A stretch of DNA of 64,000 nt, from contig NW_027117339.1 in NCBI RefSeq assembly GCF_038025025.1, positions 868,001 to 932,000 of the forward strand. Reading direction: 5' to 3'. A program made the translations under genes and the position numbers. Origin of the DNA: Phyllosticta citribraziliensis. Its lineage: Eukaryota. Of the stretch, positions 37,163 through 49,250 are shown in pieces. The notes beneath the pieces are model-generated. The model was not told the DNA's origin and ran no database searches. It worked only from the letters and a program-made list of their open reading frames with translations. Position 1 is the first letter of the stretch. Every line of letters starts with the position of its first letter.

Positions 37163-40100
37163 ACTGGACAAAAGTGGCCCACGCATACGCGTTCTCCCTA
37201 AACCGCGTCCTCGCCCGGCGCATGCCCCCCGATATAGTGCCGATACTCCGAGCGCCTTGTATACACACGTGGAACGCCTGGCGATAACCATAGGAGGCTG
37301 GTCAGATCTCATGTTGTTTTAAAGGCTCTCTTCAAGTCAATTCTGGTGTTGTATCTCTTCTCGTTGTCTGCATCTGCTCGCCCGTCTTGGAAGATTGCCG
37401 TGTAGCTCGGATATAGCCGTCGCTAGCTTTATTGTCTCATTTGTCCCTGCTCCTATTTTCACGACCCTTTTTGACGGCAAAGACGGAATGGGCTTTGCGG
37501 TCCTCGTTCTCGCATTTCCCGCAACAGCAGCAAACGAAGACTTCGCATAGCTTATATGTTCGACCTCAAATACCTTCTAAGCAGTCGCTCTGCCGATAAG
37601 TCGACCAATCAAGCAGCTCGGCCTTCTCAGTGGTCGTTCTCAGCCTTCGAGTGGTCATTGCGGATGATCTGCTCTGGGGTCCGCTGGTATCTCAAGCAAA
37701 GACTCGCAGCACACATTCATGTGGGTGAACATCAACCCGAGTATGAGAAAACGGGGGCGAAAAATCCGACTGCCGAGTCCCACGCCATGACAAAGGTGCG
37801 ATTCCCACATTGCTCGCACGGTGCGCCGTCCTCGCCCAGGCTGACGCAGCCGCGTTTCCTGGTGGGCCGATGATGTGGCTGATCATACACTGCGAGGTGC
37901 GAGTTTCTCACGATTGGCAGTTGCTTCGACCAACGTAAGTGCTCCGCCGCCGTCTTTAGGCGATGAGGTGGAATCGTTTCAGGAAATTCTAGATGAAAGG
38001 CATCAGACGACCTTAGAGACAGTCGCCTGTTCGCGCTGAAAGCGATCGAAGATTGCCAATCGTCGAGGTAGTAAAGATGGCGGAATAGAAACTCTATCCC
38101 GTTTCTTTTGCTCCATTCATTGTAATTCCAAATAATCCATTTTGTATCGATGGACAGATTTGCAAGGCATATTCCATGTCGGTTCTTCACACGGAAGAAA
38201 GAGCCCAGGAGAAAGGTGTGGCAATTTAATGTCTAGTGAGAAGCATCATATAGTGGCTGGCGAGACGGTGGTTGGGAAAGAGGATGACTTGGGGTGGAGA
38301 TAGGCACGTAACGAAATCAGAAATCAACACCAAGGGAATTTTCGCGATCCAAGAACGCGAAAATTCTACACCGACCGCGATACCAGAAGCCTCAGATGCA
38401 AATTTGGGGCTCCAGACACCAAGGGATGGATCCAGGAGCGTCGCGCCGCAATCATGTGTTTTGGAAATTTCTGCCATTTATTAACATCTTTCGCCAGTCC
38501 CCTACTATACAGCGCGTATCCGTGACCGATCGGGTCGGGACTGTATGTATAGAATGTATAGAGGAAAACACGTGTCGGGGATTTAAACAAATCACCCAGG
38601 CAAGTTCCAGGTCCAAGTCCTGGTCGACCTACTGCTGTAAACTTTTTGCCGCTCCTCTTTTTCTCCTCCAGTTCTCATTGTTTTGTTTGGTAGCGAGCGG
38701 GAGCGTGGAGTGGTAGCGAGGTCGTGATGGGCCAAGGATGACGCGATTGTTGGGATAGACATCTGGTACACAGTAAACTCCAGCGTGTAAAGCTGGTCCC
38801 TTTTGCCTGGAAGGCGCTTCTCATGCCCGCCGACCGGTGACAATCCATGGGCAATGGATCGCGGGAAGTACATGAGACTCGCGCAGCCTCTGAACAGGTT
38901 TGAAATGACGCAAAGATCCATCATCGTACCGCTCGCGGAAAAGCTTCTAGTCGGGAGCAGATTTGTTTGCAGGTCGAAAAGTATTGTTTTGGCAATGAAA
39001 GCCCGACTCCAATGCGATTTGGAAGACTGCTTGCTTTCTGACCTCTTCCTAGATATCAAGTGAGGCTTTCAGCGTGGCTCTCATAGCGGCCGTGTGCGTC
39101 GTGTCAGTGCAGTACGGATTGGTCTCCTGGCTCGTGCTTTCCATGAGTGGCAGCCTGTGCAGATAATCATTGCCCTGCGTCGCTCAACTGACCTAACCCA
39201 TCCAGGCGGGGAGAAGAGCGGAAGAGTTGAGTTTGAAACCGAGGGACCTTGCGTGAGAAGTTACCGTCTGATTGACGCCACATAATCAGGAAATCGTTAC
39301 CCTGCGCGAGAGTATTTTTGTTTATCAATTGCTTCGAAGGACTGAGTTGACCTTTGTGAAGAAATTGATGATTAGTCCAACACGACATCATTCCAATCAT
39401 TGTTTCGGTAGATTCCAGCTGCATTGAAAGGAGCTATCCGCAAGTGTTGCAGTCGACGCGGAAGTAGCCAGGTGACCTGGAGATCTCGCACGATTCGTTC
39501 ATGCACCTTGACTCGCGAACTCATCTCTTGCTGCACTGGCGATTCTTCGAAATTCCCTCGTAGAACCGGTTGACCGCGGAAAGCCCATGCGAAGAGCGCC
39601 AGCAATCGCAGTCGAAACGGAAAAAAGTGAGGTGTAAAGGGAGCCGAAGGCGAGGCTGGAACGAATGCCGGGATCAAGGCGGACAGAGAGTCTTTTGTAT
39701 ACGGCAACTGTACCCCAGGTACTGCGTGCATCAGGGTATCATGCTCGGCCCGATCCGACAAGAATGCCCGAGGGCAGCCGACCATTCACAGATCGTATCG
39801 GTCGCCAAGGTCCGGTAGGGACCCTGACAAAGAATTTCAGGAAGTCGGTGTGCTATGCGATCTGATGTCCAGGGTGGATAGGACAGCTTGCTTCGACAAT
39901 CGATCACACGTGGTAGATCCAAAACAACGATGCGGAGACGGTGAGATACGAAGTGCCGTGGTCGTGGAGAAAGCTCGAGGTTCTTGTGGTGGAGCGCCTT
40001 TATTCTTGGACGCTCCAAGTACTCCAGCCTGCGCGGGCACGTGTTACACGAGAGCCCGTCCACTCATCTTCTCTTGGAACTTCCTGACCACCGTGATGAT

Positions 40101-40483
40101 AGGCGCGAGTCCGGGCGTCAGGGACCAAGCCACTCGCCTACGGACTGTACTTCGGCCCGTACGGCGCGGTGTGGACCGTCTCTCTTCCCCATCATTCGGA
40201 CTGGAACAGCAAACACCATGACTAGAGAAAGAGGCTCCGCCCAATAGCGGCATCCACGTGCAGCGCGGAGCATGTCCAGACAAGAGTGCCTCGGCCCCTA
40301 TCTGCTCAACATTCGTATTTGCTTTAGTTATTACACCAGATCAAATCTGGGGCAGCGAAGGACTTACCTCTTAATTCATCGAATTGCAACTTGTCGGTCT
40401 CTGAGCTTGTCACTTTTCCCGCCACCCGGTTTGTCCGCATTCACAGCCGAATCATTCAAACCCAATTTTCCTGTCCCAGAACC

Positions 40484-41848
40484 ATGGAACAAACCCTCGC
40501 GACGAACCAGTCTCTGCAGCCGGTGAAGCGTGTGGCGTGCAACCGGTGCCGCACCCAAAAGCTCAAGTGCAACCCAAACGGAGAGGGACGAGGCTCTCCA
40601 TCAAAGTGCATTCGCTGCACCAAAGCAGGCACATAATGCACATTCAGCCCGCCGAAGAGAGTTGGGAGGCCGCGGACAGCTCGCACATCAAATCAGCCAG
40701 AGAAGCGCAGAAAGAGGACGAATTCAGTGCAACGAGTCAGCCCACCACCCGAAGTCAAGAAGCAACTCGGAGCAGACGAGGAGGACCTGGATTTGCAGCA
40801 ATCCCTGCCTCTAGAGCAAAGCGATGGACTTTTGGATCGACCGGAGCCAAGGCCCGAGTTTTATTCTTCGGGCTTCGACTTCCCCATCGAGAGCCACGAA
40901 ACTTGGGAGACAGTCATAACTCCAGCGGCGGATGATCCGTTGCTAGGTTCCGGGCCATTCTGTCTGGAATTCGAGGAAAGCAGCACAGCAGGAAGTTCCG
41001 ACAGCTCAAACTTCTCACCCTTTTACGGCGATCTCAGCGCAAGCGATTCGAGCCCAACGAGCACCGCCGCAACTTCAGACGACATGGCTCCTCAAAGCCT
41101 CCCTTCGCGCATCGATGCTCACAAGCGCTTCATGCAAGATCTTTCAGAACTTGGAATTGGTCTGTACGCCGAGATACACGAAATCGAAAGCTTCGGTGCT
41201 GCCGTGGACGACAAGTTCATCAGCAACGTGGTACATGGCGCAGCCAGGTTCCTCGAGATAGTCACATCCTACCAGACTTCTTTCAGCGGAGACAGTGTTG
41301 CCGAAGAAGGTTGCCATTCACACTTCGACTTCCCGGAAGCGGTTTCAGAGCACAGCATGTACACGGGCGCGAGCCAGGCTGGATCGAAGCCATCAGCTTT
41401 CGAGCTGGATACAGCTGGAATCTTTGAGGTCCTCACGCCATACATCCGCCTTGTACATTTGCACAGTCTCATGTACACCAAGTTCCACGAGTGGCTTCTT
41501 TCCTGGCCGAGCAAGGGGGCTCAAGCAAACGCCATCTTTCCGAGTCTGAGCGTCGGCAATCAATCTCTGGGAATCTCCGGGAAATTCCAGGTTGAGTTGT
41601 TCTTGCGATTCAGTCTCCACATCCTGGGTGAGATAGAGATGAGGCTCGGTCTGCCTGCTGAAAGCAGCGTTTGTGGAGGCTACAGCACCGCAGGTGCGCA
41701 CGGAGAGGTGCTAGGATCGTCGGTGTCGCCGGAGGTTCTGAGGATGGCTTTGAGCATTCTCGAGAATGGACCGGGTGGGATGAGTACAATGTCTCTGAGA
41801 GAAACGCTTCTTCGGATAAATCAGTCACTGAAAGGAATCAACCCTTGA
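40484..41848 (+). pseudogene. Zn2Cys6 transcription factor with one premature TAA (40634-40636) inside the zinc cluster
   Basis: ACNRCRTQKLKC..CIRCTKAGT*CTFSPPKRVGRP; ORFs 40391-40636 and 40727-41848 are in the same frame and no other stop intervenes. Confidence 0.8.
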
Positions 41849-42441
41849 TCTCCTCATAGCACTTTCAATCGCACCAAAATTGCACATGAAAGCATCTCAC
41901 CGAAGCTTGATCTTGCCTATGTTCCTCTCCAAGTGATCGGCACAGTCCGGCCGCCATCATCCTTCGGGGGAACGCATCGAATGGGAGGTCCTCTTCTTCC
42001 GAGTGACACGTTTTGGCCCTCTGGCTAAGCAAAGATTGCCTCTGCAAAATGGAAAGACGACCGAGGGCACTGCGGAGGCCTTTGGTGCGCGAGCCCTTTT
42101 CGGAAGGTACGTCGTCTGCACAGTTCAAATAGATGACTGAAGAGATGAAAACCTTGATTGACCTGTCAGTAGGACGTGCCTACAGTTCGCCGTTCTTGAC
42201 CTGAATTTACTGTACCTCGCTCCGCGGTGTTGCCCTAACCAGATTATCTCCCATGTACGCCAGAGCCTAAACCCACCGATGCAAGGATATCACAGCAACG
42301 ATACACGCCGAATGAGAAGCTGAACGCATGATGCACGAATAACGGTATTGCGTCGTGAGGCCTCTAAATGCGCAACGCTCTCCGTGATCTTCATAGAAGT
42401 TGAGAATGAGGACGTCGGTAATAAGAAACGTCTCGCGTTGA

Positions 42442-43540
42442 TCAGTTGAGAGCCGTGTCGTTCAATGCAACACAAACGGCGCCGCGATGATGACCGTTGT
42501 ATTGGCGGATGATTGACTGTGAGCTCAATTCCCAGAGCCGAGCATAGTGATCGGAGCAAGCTGTGACAAGATAGGCAGAATCGGCACTGAAAGCGCAATC
42601 CCACACCCAGCGTTGGTGTCCATGAAGGGTCGTCTCCAGCGGGAAAGCGCCGGGCTCGCGTTCGGTTGGTAGCTGCTCCGCACCAGTGACATTGTGCGGT
42701 TGGTTGGTATCGACAGACCAAATACGGGCCGTGTGGTCCGCGGAACACGTCGCCAAATGGCGCACATCGGGAGACAGGAGGACGCGAGTGATGTACGTGT
42801 TGTGGGCAACAAAGCGACAGACGGGCACTAGAGACGTAACGTCACGATCCTGAATCATGCGCCAGACGTAGACATTGCCCTGATGCTGTCAGAAGATAGT
42901 CTCGTAGTCCCGTAGAGTCTAGGTACTTACAGAGTTGTTGCCAGCACATAGCATCGACCCATCGCTAGCAACAGTGACACTCGCAACCGCAACATCGTCC
43001 TCGGGTATCAACTGATGGGAGCACTTGTTTTCGCCCAGGTCCCAAATCCGAACGTTGCCGCCGCGGTCGCATGAAATCAGCTCGCCTTGGTTGGGATGGA
43101 TGACGACGTCGTTTACAGCTATTCCGCCGTGGCTGTAGTTGCGTTGGACGCTACCGCTTCGCGTGTCCCAGATCTTTACCGTCCCATCCTCAGAGCTCGT
43201 CACCATCCATTTGCCTTCACAGTGAAAGGCGACGCCAGTTATGTTGGATGTGTGTCCTTCGAAGGTGAGAACCGGGTTGGGATTGCTCGACTTGATGTCG
43301 TAGAGCTTGACAGTGTGATGGCCAGCGGCAGCGAGAAAGCGTTTATCAGGCGATATGCACAGGCGGTTGACCTGAGAGTCTGGGTGCGGAATCGTCCGAG
43401 AGCATATGCCAGACAGCGCTTCCCAAAAACTGCAGGTTGGGTCAGGTCAGCGCGGGATTGCCTCGAGCTTGAGAGATTGAGGGTTGAGCCTCGTACCGGA
43501 TGGTGTGGTCGTAACCCGCGGTGCAGAGGATGACACTCAT
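42442..43540 (-). CDS. LST8: TOR complex WD40 subunit Lst8
   Basis: Exons 43540-43497, 43429-42931, 42879-42442; [83 protein letters not shown]. Confidence 0.96.
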
Positions 43541-44684
43541 GCCTGCGTCCGAGCCTTGTGGCCGTAGACAAGAGTAGCTGCTGGACTGGGACGGTCACCA
43601 ACAGTGGGTTGCGGTTGACGCGATGTTGCCAGAGAAAGATGCGGGCAAAGGTGCGGAGCAATCGGGCGCCGTAGGTCGACGTCAGGCGCGTGGGCAAGGT
43701 AAGGCGGGGGCAGGAAGACGGACGGGATCTAGCAAAGACGGGATTCCGCAACATCGGTCCGAGACGGTTTCCACGGGGTCTTAGCGCACTAGCGCCGGAA
43801 CTAAGCTCCGTCTCTAGATATGGGACCTAATGACACCACGCGGTCCACCACTGTGATGCAGCAATGTGGTTTGCATTCACGAATAGTTGTTGGATGTCGA
43901 GCAACCACGGTTCGCCCATATGACTGCCTTGGATTTTTCCTGCAGACCAACCCAACAGCTCTTGTCATGTCAGAGTCGCATCGCTTCAGGACCAGAGCTC
44001 GATGATTTGGCCTTGCTTCCAGGCAGAATAGTTTGAGGCAGAGGCAATGCGTTTTCTCAAGATACCATCCCGTTTTGAAAAGGCTCATCGCCTGCAATCT
44101 CTCCAGCTTTCAACCAGAACCGGTTGAAATATCGAGCTCGCAATTGGTAACCCCTGAACCGCCCGGCGGGCATCCATATCCCGTCACATAATCTGATGAT
44201 TTTCACTTTTACAACGGTCTCAACAAGCTCACATGTTTTTTGAATGATTCGCTCGTTCAGAAGATGCAATTTGGTTGATTGCCATCTGATATTGTGCTCT
44301 CCAAGGCAAGGATGTGTGAAATCTCCAATCATTTCGGCTTGCTGCTGATGCTTGTCATGTTTTGCCCTGAGCAACTCGAAGTTTCCTGTCAACGTCCACT
44401 TGAGCTTTAGAGCCCTTGTTGGCACTCTTACTTTGCAGGCTGACCGGAGAAATCGCAGCACTTGCCGGCCGTCAACTGTGGTTCCCCCAACCCGACCTGA
44501 ATTTGACTTCTGCCCACCCACTTCGGACTCATCAGATGGCCCTGCACATGCCATGATTCTACTTCTGCCCACCAATTAGTCCGTGATCTGTAGCGAACCG
44601 AAGAGTATAAGTACCTCCGACCCCATTGCTTTACTTCCCCGTCAACCAACACTTCTAAAGCTTTGTCGCAATCGAAGTCCTATC

Positions 44685-47114
44685 ATGAACAACTCCAATT
44701 GCAACTCCCATTGCAACTCCAATTACAACTTCCATTTCCAACTCCAGGGCAGCATGGATCGCTCACGCCTGCATTATCCTGCGATGGGCCATCAAACGTC
44801 TGCCAACACCAATCTGGTAGACAACAACAATTGGGTGGACAACAACGATCAGTTTTCCTCACGGCAATTCAACTCACAGCCGCTCAATTCACAGCAATCC
44901 AACTTGCAGCCGCTCAACTCACAGCAATTCGACTTCCAGCCGCTCGACTCACAGCAATCCAACTTGCAGCAATTCAACTCACAGCCATCAAACTTGCAGC
45001 CGCTCGACTCACAGTGGCCTGATTCACAGCAGTTTCTGCAAGGCTCGCACCTCCAGGGTCTCCCATCGACCATGGGTTCTCAGCCTCAGGGAAATACCCC
45101 ACGGAGTCTTTCAAAGTCGCAACCATTTTACTCCGGATACTATCCGAGCTCTTCGCCACCAATGGAGTCGACGGAAGCAAATGCCTGGGAACAGCAGCTA
45201 CTGCTGCTGCAAGCACAGCAGCGTGCCAGCAGACTCCAGTCGCACGGGCTCTATCCTCAGTCCGGTAACCCGAACCAGGTTTATAGCCACCGGCCAGTCC
45301 AACCAGTCCTGCCCATGCCCCAGCCATATGCTCGAACTCAGCAGCACAGCTGGCCCATGGAATCACACGCTCCCCATTCTGGTGGCGTAAATCAACTTGG
45401 CTTCCAGCAGTCAGTTCAACCAGTCCTACCCCTGCCCCAGCCCTTTGTTGGAACTCAGCAGCACAGCTGGCCCGTGGAACTAGACGCTCCCCAGTCTGGT
45501 GGCATAAATCAACTTGGTCTCCAGGAGCCAATTCAACCAGTCCTGCCCCTGGCCCAACCATACGCTGGGACTCAGCAGCACAGCTGGCCCGTGGAACTGG
45601 ACGCTTCCCAGTCTGATGGCGCAAATCAACTTGGCTTCCACCAGCCGGTCCAGCCGGTCCAGCCATCACCCCAGACCCAGCCGTACTGTCAACCTCAACA
45701 GTACTGCGGGCTTGCGGAGCAGGTCACACAGCCCAGTGCCGCACGCACTGGTGACAGTTCGGAGAACCCAATCTCCGTAGAGAACGATGGCGCTGAGAAT
45801 CCCGTGGTCCCCCAATCCACTGCTGTGGATTGCGAACCCACCAACACGACTGCTCCTGCGGTTGTGACGGCGCCCGCGCGCACCCATGCTCTGGGTATGT
45901 ACTACGAGGTCACTGCGCTGATCCAAGCCCAAAAGTGGGAGGCCGCACCACTTTCGTTTTTGCGGGAGACGCTTGACAAGGCCGTCCGATACTGGCCCGG
46001 GGTGTACGACTGCGGGGAAAAGCGTTGGTTTCTCCACAGGCTCCGTCCGGAAAGCTTTTACTGCGTGGACCGGTGGGGAACTGAGGACAATACTTGGGGA
46101 TGGCAAATCAACCAACGTATCAAGGAGTACGAGGAATCCGTCGCTAGAGAGAGGGAAAGTTTACTGGTCGCTCCAATCAACGGTGCCGCGCCGGTCAACA
46201 ACAATCAGCGAAAAAGGATCAGAACCAACGACTCCGACGCCGGCAGCGAGTCCGCAGCTAAACGGGCAAAGAATACAAACCAGTCCTCCGCTCGCCGGCC
46301 GTTTTCCGAACCCACACCAGCAACGGCCGCTCCCAAGAAGTACGCTCGCAGAAAGTCGTCTGCCCAAGTGGCACCCAAGAGAGCCAGCAAGAAGGCTTGT
46401 GCCCAAGCTGCCACGCTCCAGGCAGGGCGCAGGGCGTCTGGGGAGAACAAGACCAGCAACCAGCCCAAGGCGCCCAGGGCTAGGCGCAACATGAAGTCTG
46501 GCACTGAGGCCGTAGCCGACCTTGCACCCGTCTCAGTTGAGACGTCTGCTGAGCCCAGCGTAGAGGTAGAGACGTCCGCAGCAAGCCCTGCACCTGTGGC
46601 AGAAACTGCCGCAAGCCAGGCTTCTACCGAGCCTGACGGCAAGGAGAGCGGGGCGGTGGAGGTCACGACGGCGGATTCGGTGCCTGCGGAAGAGAACGAC
46701 TGCTTCTTGGATGCGCTTTTTGAGGAGGAACCAGAGCCTCTCCAAGCGCAGACGGATTTCCCGGCCGAAAAGGAGGCCGCTGTCGAGGAACCATTGCCTG
46801 CGAAGGACGTCGAACCGGAGAACATCGAACCGAAGGCTGTCGAATCGGAGGACGCTGAATCGGATGATGAAGCCTTCACAGCTGAAATTGAATCTCACCT
46901 GGCGGATTCGTACAAGGAACAGGGCTTGTACGAGGTGGCAGAAGACGACAAGGAACCTTTTCATGAGCCGGAACTTTCTCATGAGCCGGAACTTTCTCAT
47001 GAGCCGACCGGTGAAGTCTGCCTGGCCATCGACGAGGAGGAATCTTCTCATGAGCCGACCAACGACGTCTATCTAGCCGTCGACGAGGAGTCCGAAATAA
47101 GCGAGGAGGAGTAA
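44685..47114 (+). CDS. Orphan intronless ~809 aa protein: Q/N-rich repeats, Trp-rich core, basic then acidic tail
   Basis: 2.4 kb stop-free ORF whose internal repeats are all codon multiples (12, 15, 18, 51, 117 nt); no family recognised. Confidence 0.75.
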   Translation: MNNSNCNSHCNSNYNFHFQLQGSMDRSRLHYPAMGHQTSANTNLVDNNNWVDNNDQFSSRQFNSQPLNSQQSNLQPLNSQQFDFQPLDSQQSNLQQFNSQPSNLQPLDSQWPDSQQFLQGSHLQGLPSTMGSQPQGNTPRSLSKSQPFYSGYYPSSSPPMESTEANAWEQQLLLLQAQQRASRLQSHGLYPQSGNPNQVYSHRPVQPVLPMPQPYARTQQHSWPMESHAPHSGGVNQLGFQQSVQPVLPLPQPFVGTQQHSWPVELDAPQSGGINQLGLQEPIQPVLPLAQPYAGTQQHSWPVELDASQSDGANQLGFHQPVQPVQPSPQTQPYCQPQQYCGLAEQVTQPSAARTGDSSENPISVENDGAENPVVPQSTAVDCEPTNTTAPAVVTAPARTHALGMYYEVTALIQAQKWEAAPLSFLRETLDKAVRYWPGVYDCGEKRWFLHRLRPESFYCVDRWGTEDNTWGWQINQRIKEYEESVARERESLLVAPINGAAPVNNNQRKRIRTNDSDAGSESAAKRAKNTNQSSARRPFSEPTPATAAPKKYARRKSSAQVAPKRASKKACAQAATLQAGRRASGENKTSNQPKAPRARRNMKSGTEAVADLAPVSVETSAEPSVEVETSAASPAPVAETAASQASTEPDGKESGAVEVTTADSVPAEENDCFLDALFEEEPEPLQAQTDFPAEKEAAVEEPLPAKDVEPENIEPKAVESEDAESDDEAFTAEIESHLADSYKEQGLYEVAEDDKEPFHEPELSHEPELSHEPTGEVCLAIDEEESSHEPTNDVYLAVDEESEISEEE
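44865..45029 (+). repeat. Coding 15-nt tandem repeat x11 (pentapeptide Q/P-F/L/S-N/D-S/L-Q)
   Basis: Units caattcaactcacag / ccgctcaattcacag / caatccaacttgcag read directly. Confidence 0.9.
45294..45662 (+). repeat. Coding 117-nt (39 aa) tandem repeat x3 plus partial copy
   Basis: Units start 45294, 45411, 45528, 45645; consensus PVQPVLPLPQPYAGTQQHSWPVELDAPQSGGxNQLGFQQ. Confidence 0.92.
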
Positions 47115-47723
47115 GGGTCACCAGCGATATCTGAGCGCTGCGGATTGAACCCATCCGAAAAGACCACTGGTCTCTTCCTTCTACACGATCAGCGACGATC
47201 CACCAAGCGGAAAAGCACTCTCGAACCTATCCACTGAGCTAAACCAGAGGGCTTCGACCTGGGCCTGGTCCCTCGAGGGAGGGATGTACGAAACTCTCCG
47301 GCACCTCCACCACGACAAGGCCGTCCTCAACAACTCCGAGTACAACGGGCTGGCCAATCCACTCTGCAGAAACTAGTGTTGGCAAAATTTTCAAACCCAG
47401 GTTGCGTTCATCTTTCATTTCTTTCTTGGCGTTTTCAGCGGCGTGAAGCGTCGGCGAAATTGCAACTCATCCTCCCATTTGATACCCTGATACAGCATCT
47501 TTTGATTTGGGCTCCTTTGAGATGGCGTTTTTGGCTTGATATCCACAGGAGCGGTTTGATTGTTTGTCCAGAGTTGTGCTGAGTAGCACAAGCGGCATTC
47601 CTTGATATTTTTGATAGAGCGTATGAGATATGATGCACTTTCAAACAATTTTCAGAAGACTTCAAAACTTCTAAAATCTTCATTGCTCTGTGAGGAGTGA
47701 AATAAGTGCAATAGATCTGCTGC

Positions 47724-48895
47724 TCACTCGTCTTTGAACGTTGTCATCGACTTGAAATGGTCCTTGAGTCGTGGAAGTACAAAGCTATTACCTTTACCCT
47801 GTCCATGACCTTGTACTGTGAACGATTCGAGACAGATGATTTTACGATCGGAAGTGTAATGGGTGACGCAGCCATAAAGAGGGCTCCAGAAGGGCTCGGG
47901 AATGGTTTCGATGTCGCTCTCGAGTTCGTCCAGCTCTGCAACACTGACCTTATGAATCTTGATTCTCTTTGGTCCATCGTCTTTTTGATTGCAGAGCTTC
48001 TCGTAGATGGTGTCGTCCCACAACTCTCCCAAGATGCGTAGAGTACGAATAATCCGGTCTGATGACCACGTCTTGAAGTCAACATGCATGTCCTCTTTGG
48101 TGATTTTGGGCGCATGTCTGATACGGCGACCTTTGAGCTCAGCCGATTGGTACCATTCCACTTCTTTCAACGGCGGGACGAATGCTCGACTACGAAGCGC
48201 ATCAACTAGCATAGAAGCCCCAATGGGAGCCAAGTGACAGGATAATTGCGCAGGAGTGCAGGTCTCAGGGTCCGGGATATCGATACCAGGATATGGAGTT
48301 TGCTCGAGGATCGTACCTCGATCAAAGTGAGCGTGATGAAGCGTCTGGACTGACACGCCAGTCTTCTTGTCCCCCTTGAGCAATGCATGGAAAAGCGGCG
48401 CTGGGCCGTACAAATCGGGCAGGAGGGACGGGTGAACATTCAATCCACCGTATTTTGCGGCATTAAGGATCCTCGGAGGGACAAAGAGACCAAAAGACAC
48501 GGCGATGATCAAATTGAAGGCGGTGGGAGGAGTCCAGCCGGTAAAGGTGTCGATCACGTGTGTGTCGAGACCAAGCTGTTGGGCGGCCGACTTGATTGGA
48601 GCTGGGACGATTAGCATCAATTGACGAACGGCTTTTTTGCCCACGCTGCACCTTCACGCAGTATTTTGTTTCCTCTTCCGCCGAGCTTTCCAGGCCGGTG
48701 AGCAACGTGGAGAGTGTCTATCAAGTCCGGATTCCGTTGGTGTTCTTGGTGGACAGCTCGCAGCGAGGCAACGCTGAAATCGTCCGTCCCGCAGTAGAGG
48801 ATGCGCAGCGGTTCAGAGGTCTTGGAAGTCGAGTAGTGTGCGCGCGAGATGCGCCAAGCTGCGACCAGGCGCGGAGAGAGACATGGTCGGATCAT
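47724..48895 (-). CDS. FMT1: Mitochondrial methionyl-tRNA formyltransferase
   Basis: Presequence, PLRILYCGTDDFS, intron 48651-48602, IIAVSFGLFVP, GGLNVHPSLLPDLYGPAP, TGVSVQTL..FDRG, HAPKI. Confidence 0.94.
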
Positions 48896-49250
48896 GGCGA
48901 GGGTTGGAGGTGAAGTTCCAGTCCGGGAGCGGACAAGCACTGGTTGTGTCGGTGTCTGCGGGACGAAGCGAGGGCGGCAAAGAAACGCTCCCGGTGCGGC
49001 TCCAGCGACGATCATGCCATCATCACAGCTTCCATTGCCGGGTTAAAGCACAGCCAGCATGGTACATACGACGTTTTTCCACGATCGCCTACGTCTTGTG
49101 TCTGCTCTAGACGCATCTTGTCGTGCCTGTGACGCCATAGGCAGGCGAGAAGCCTGACCGCCGCGTACCTGACGAGGTAGATCAACGACCTGGGGCCCTG
49201 GAAGGGCCATCGCCGCAAACCCCCAACGACTCTCTTCCTATCCATATACC

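Noticed and set aside
45294..45662. Regularly spaced repeats as a CRISPR-like array
   Set aside because: Whole units repeat without unique spacers, in frame inside a eukaryotic ORF
49064..49075. ACATACGAC resembling a fungal 5S rRNA 5' end
   Set aside because: Similarity stops after ~9 nt
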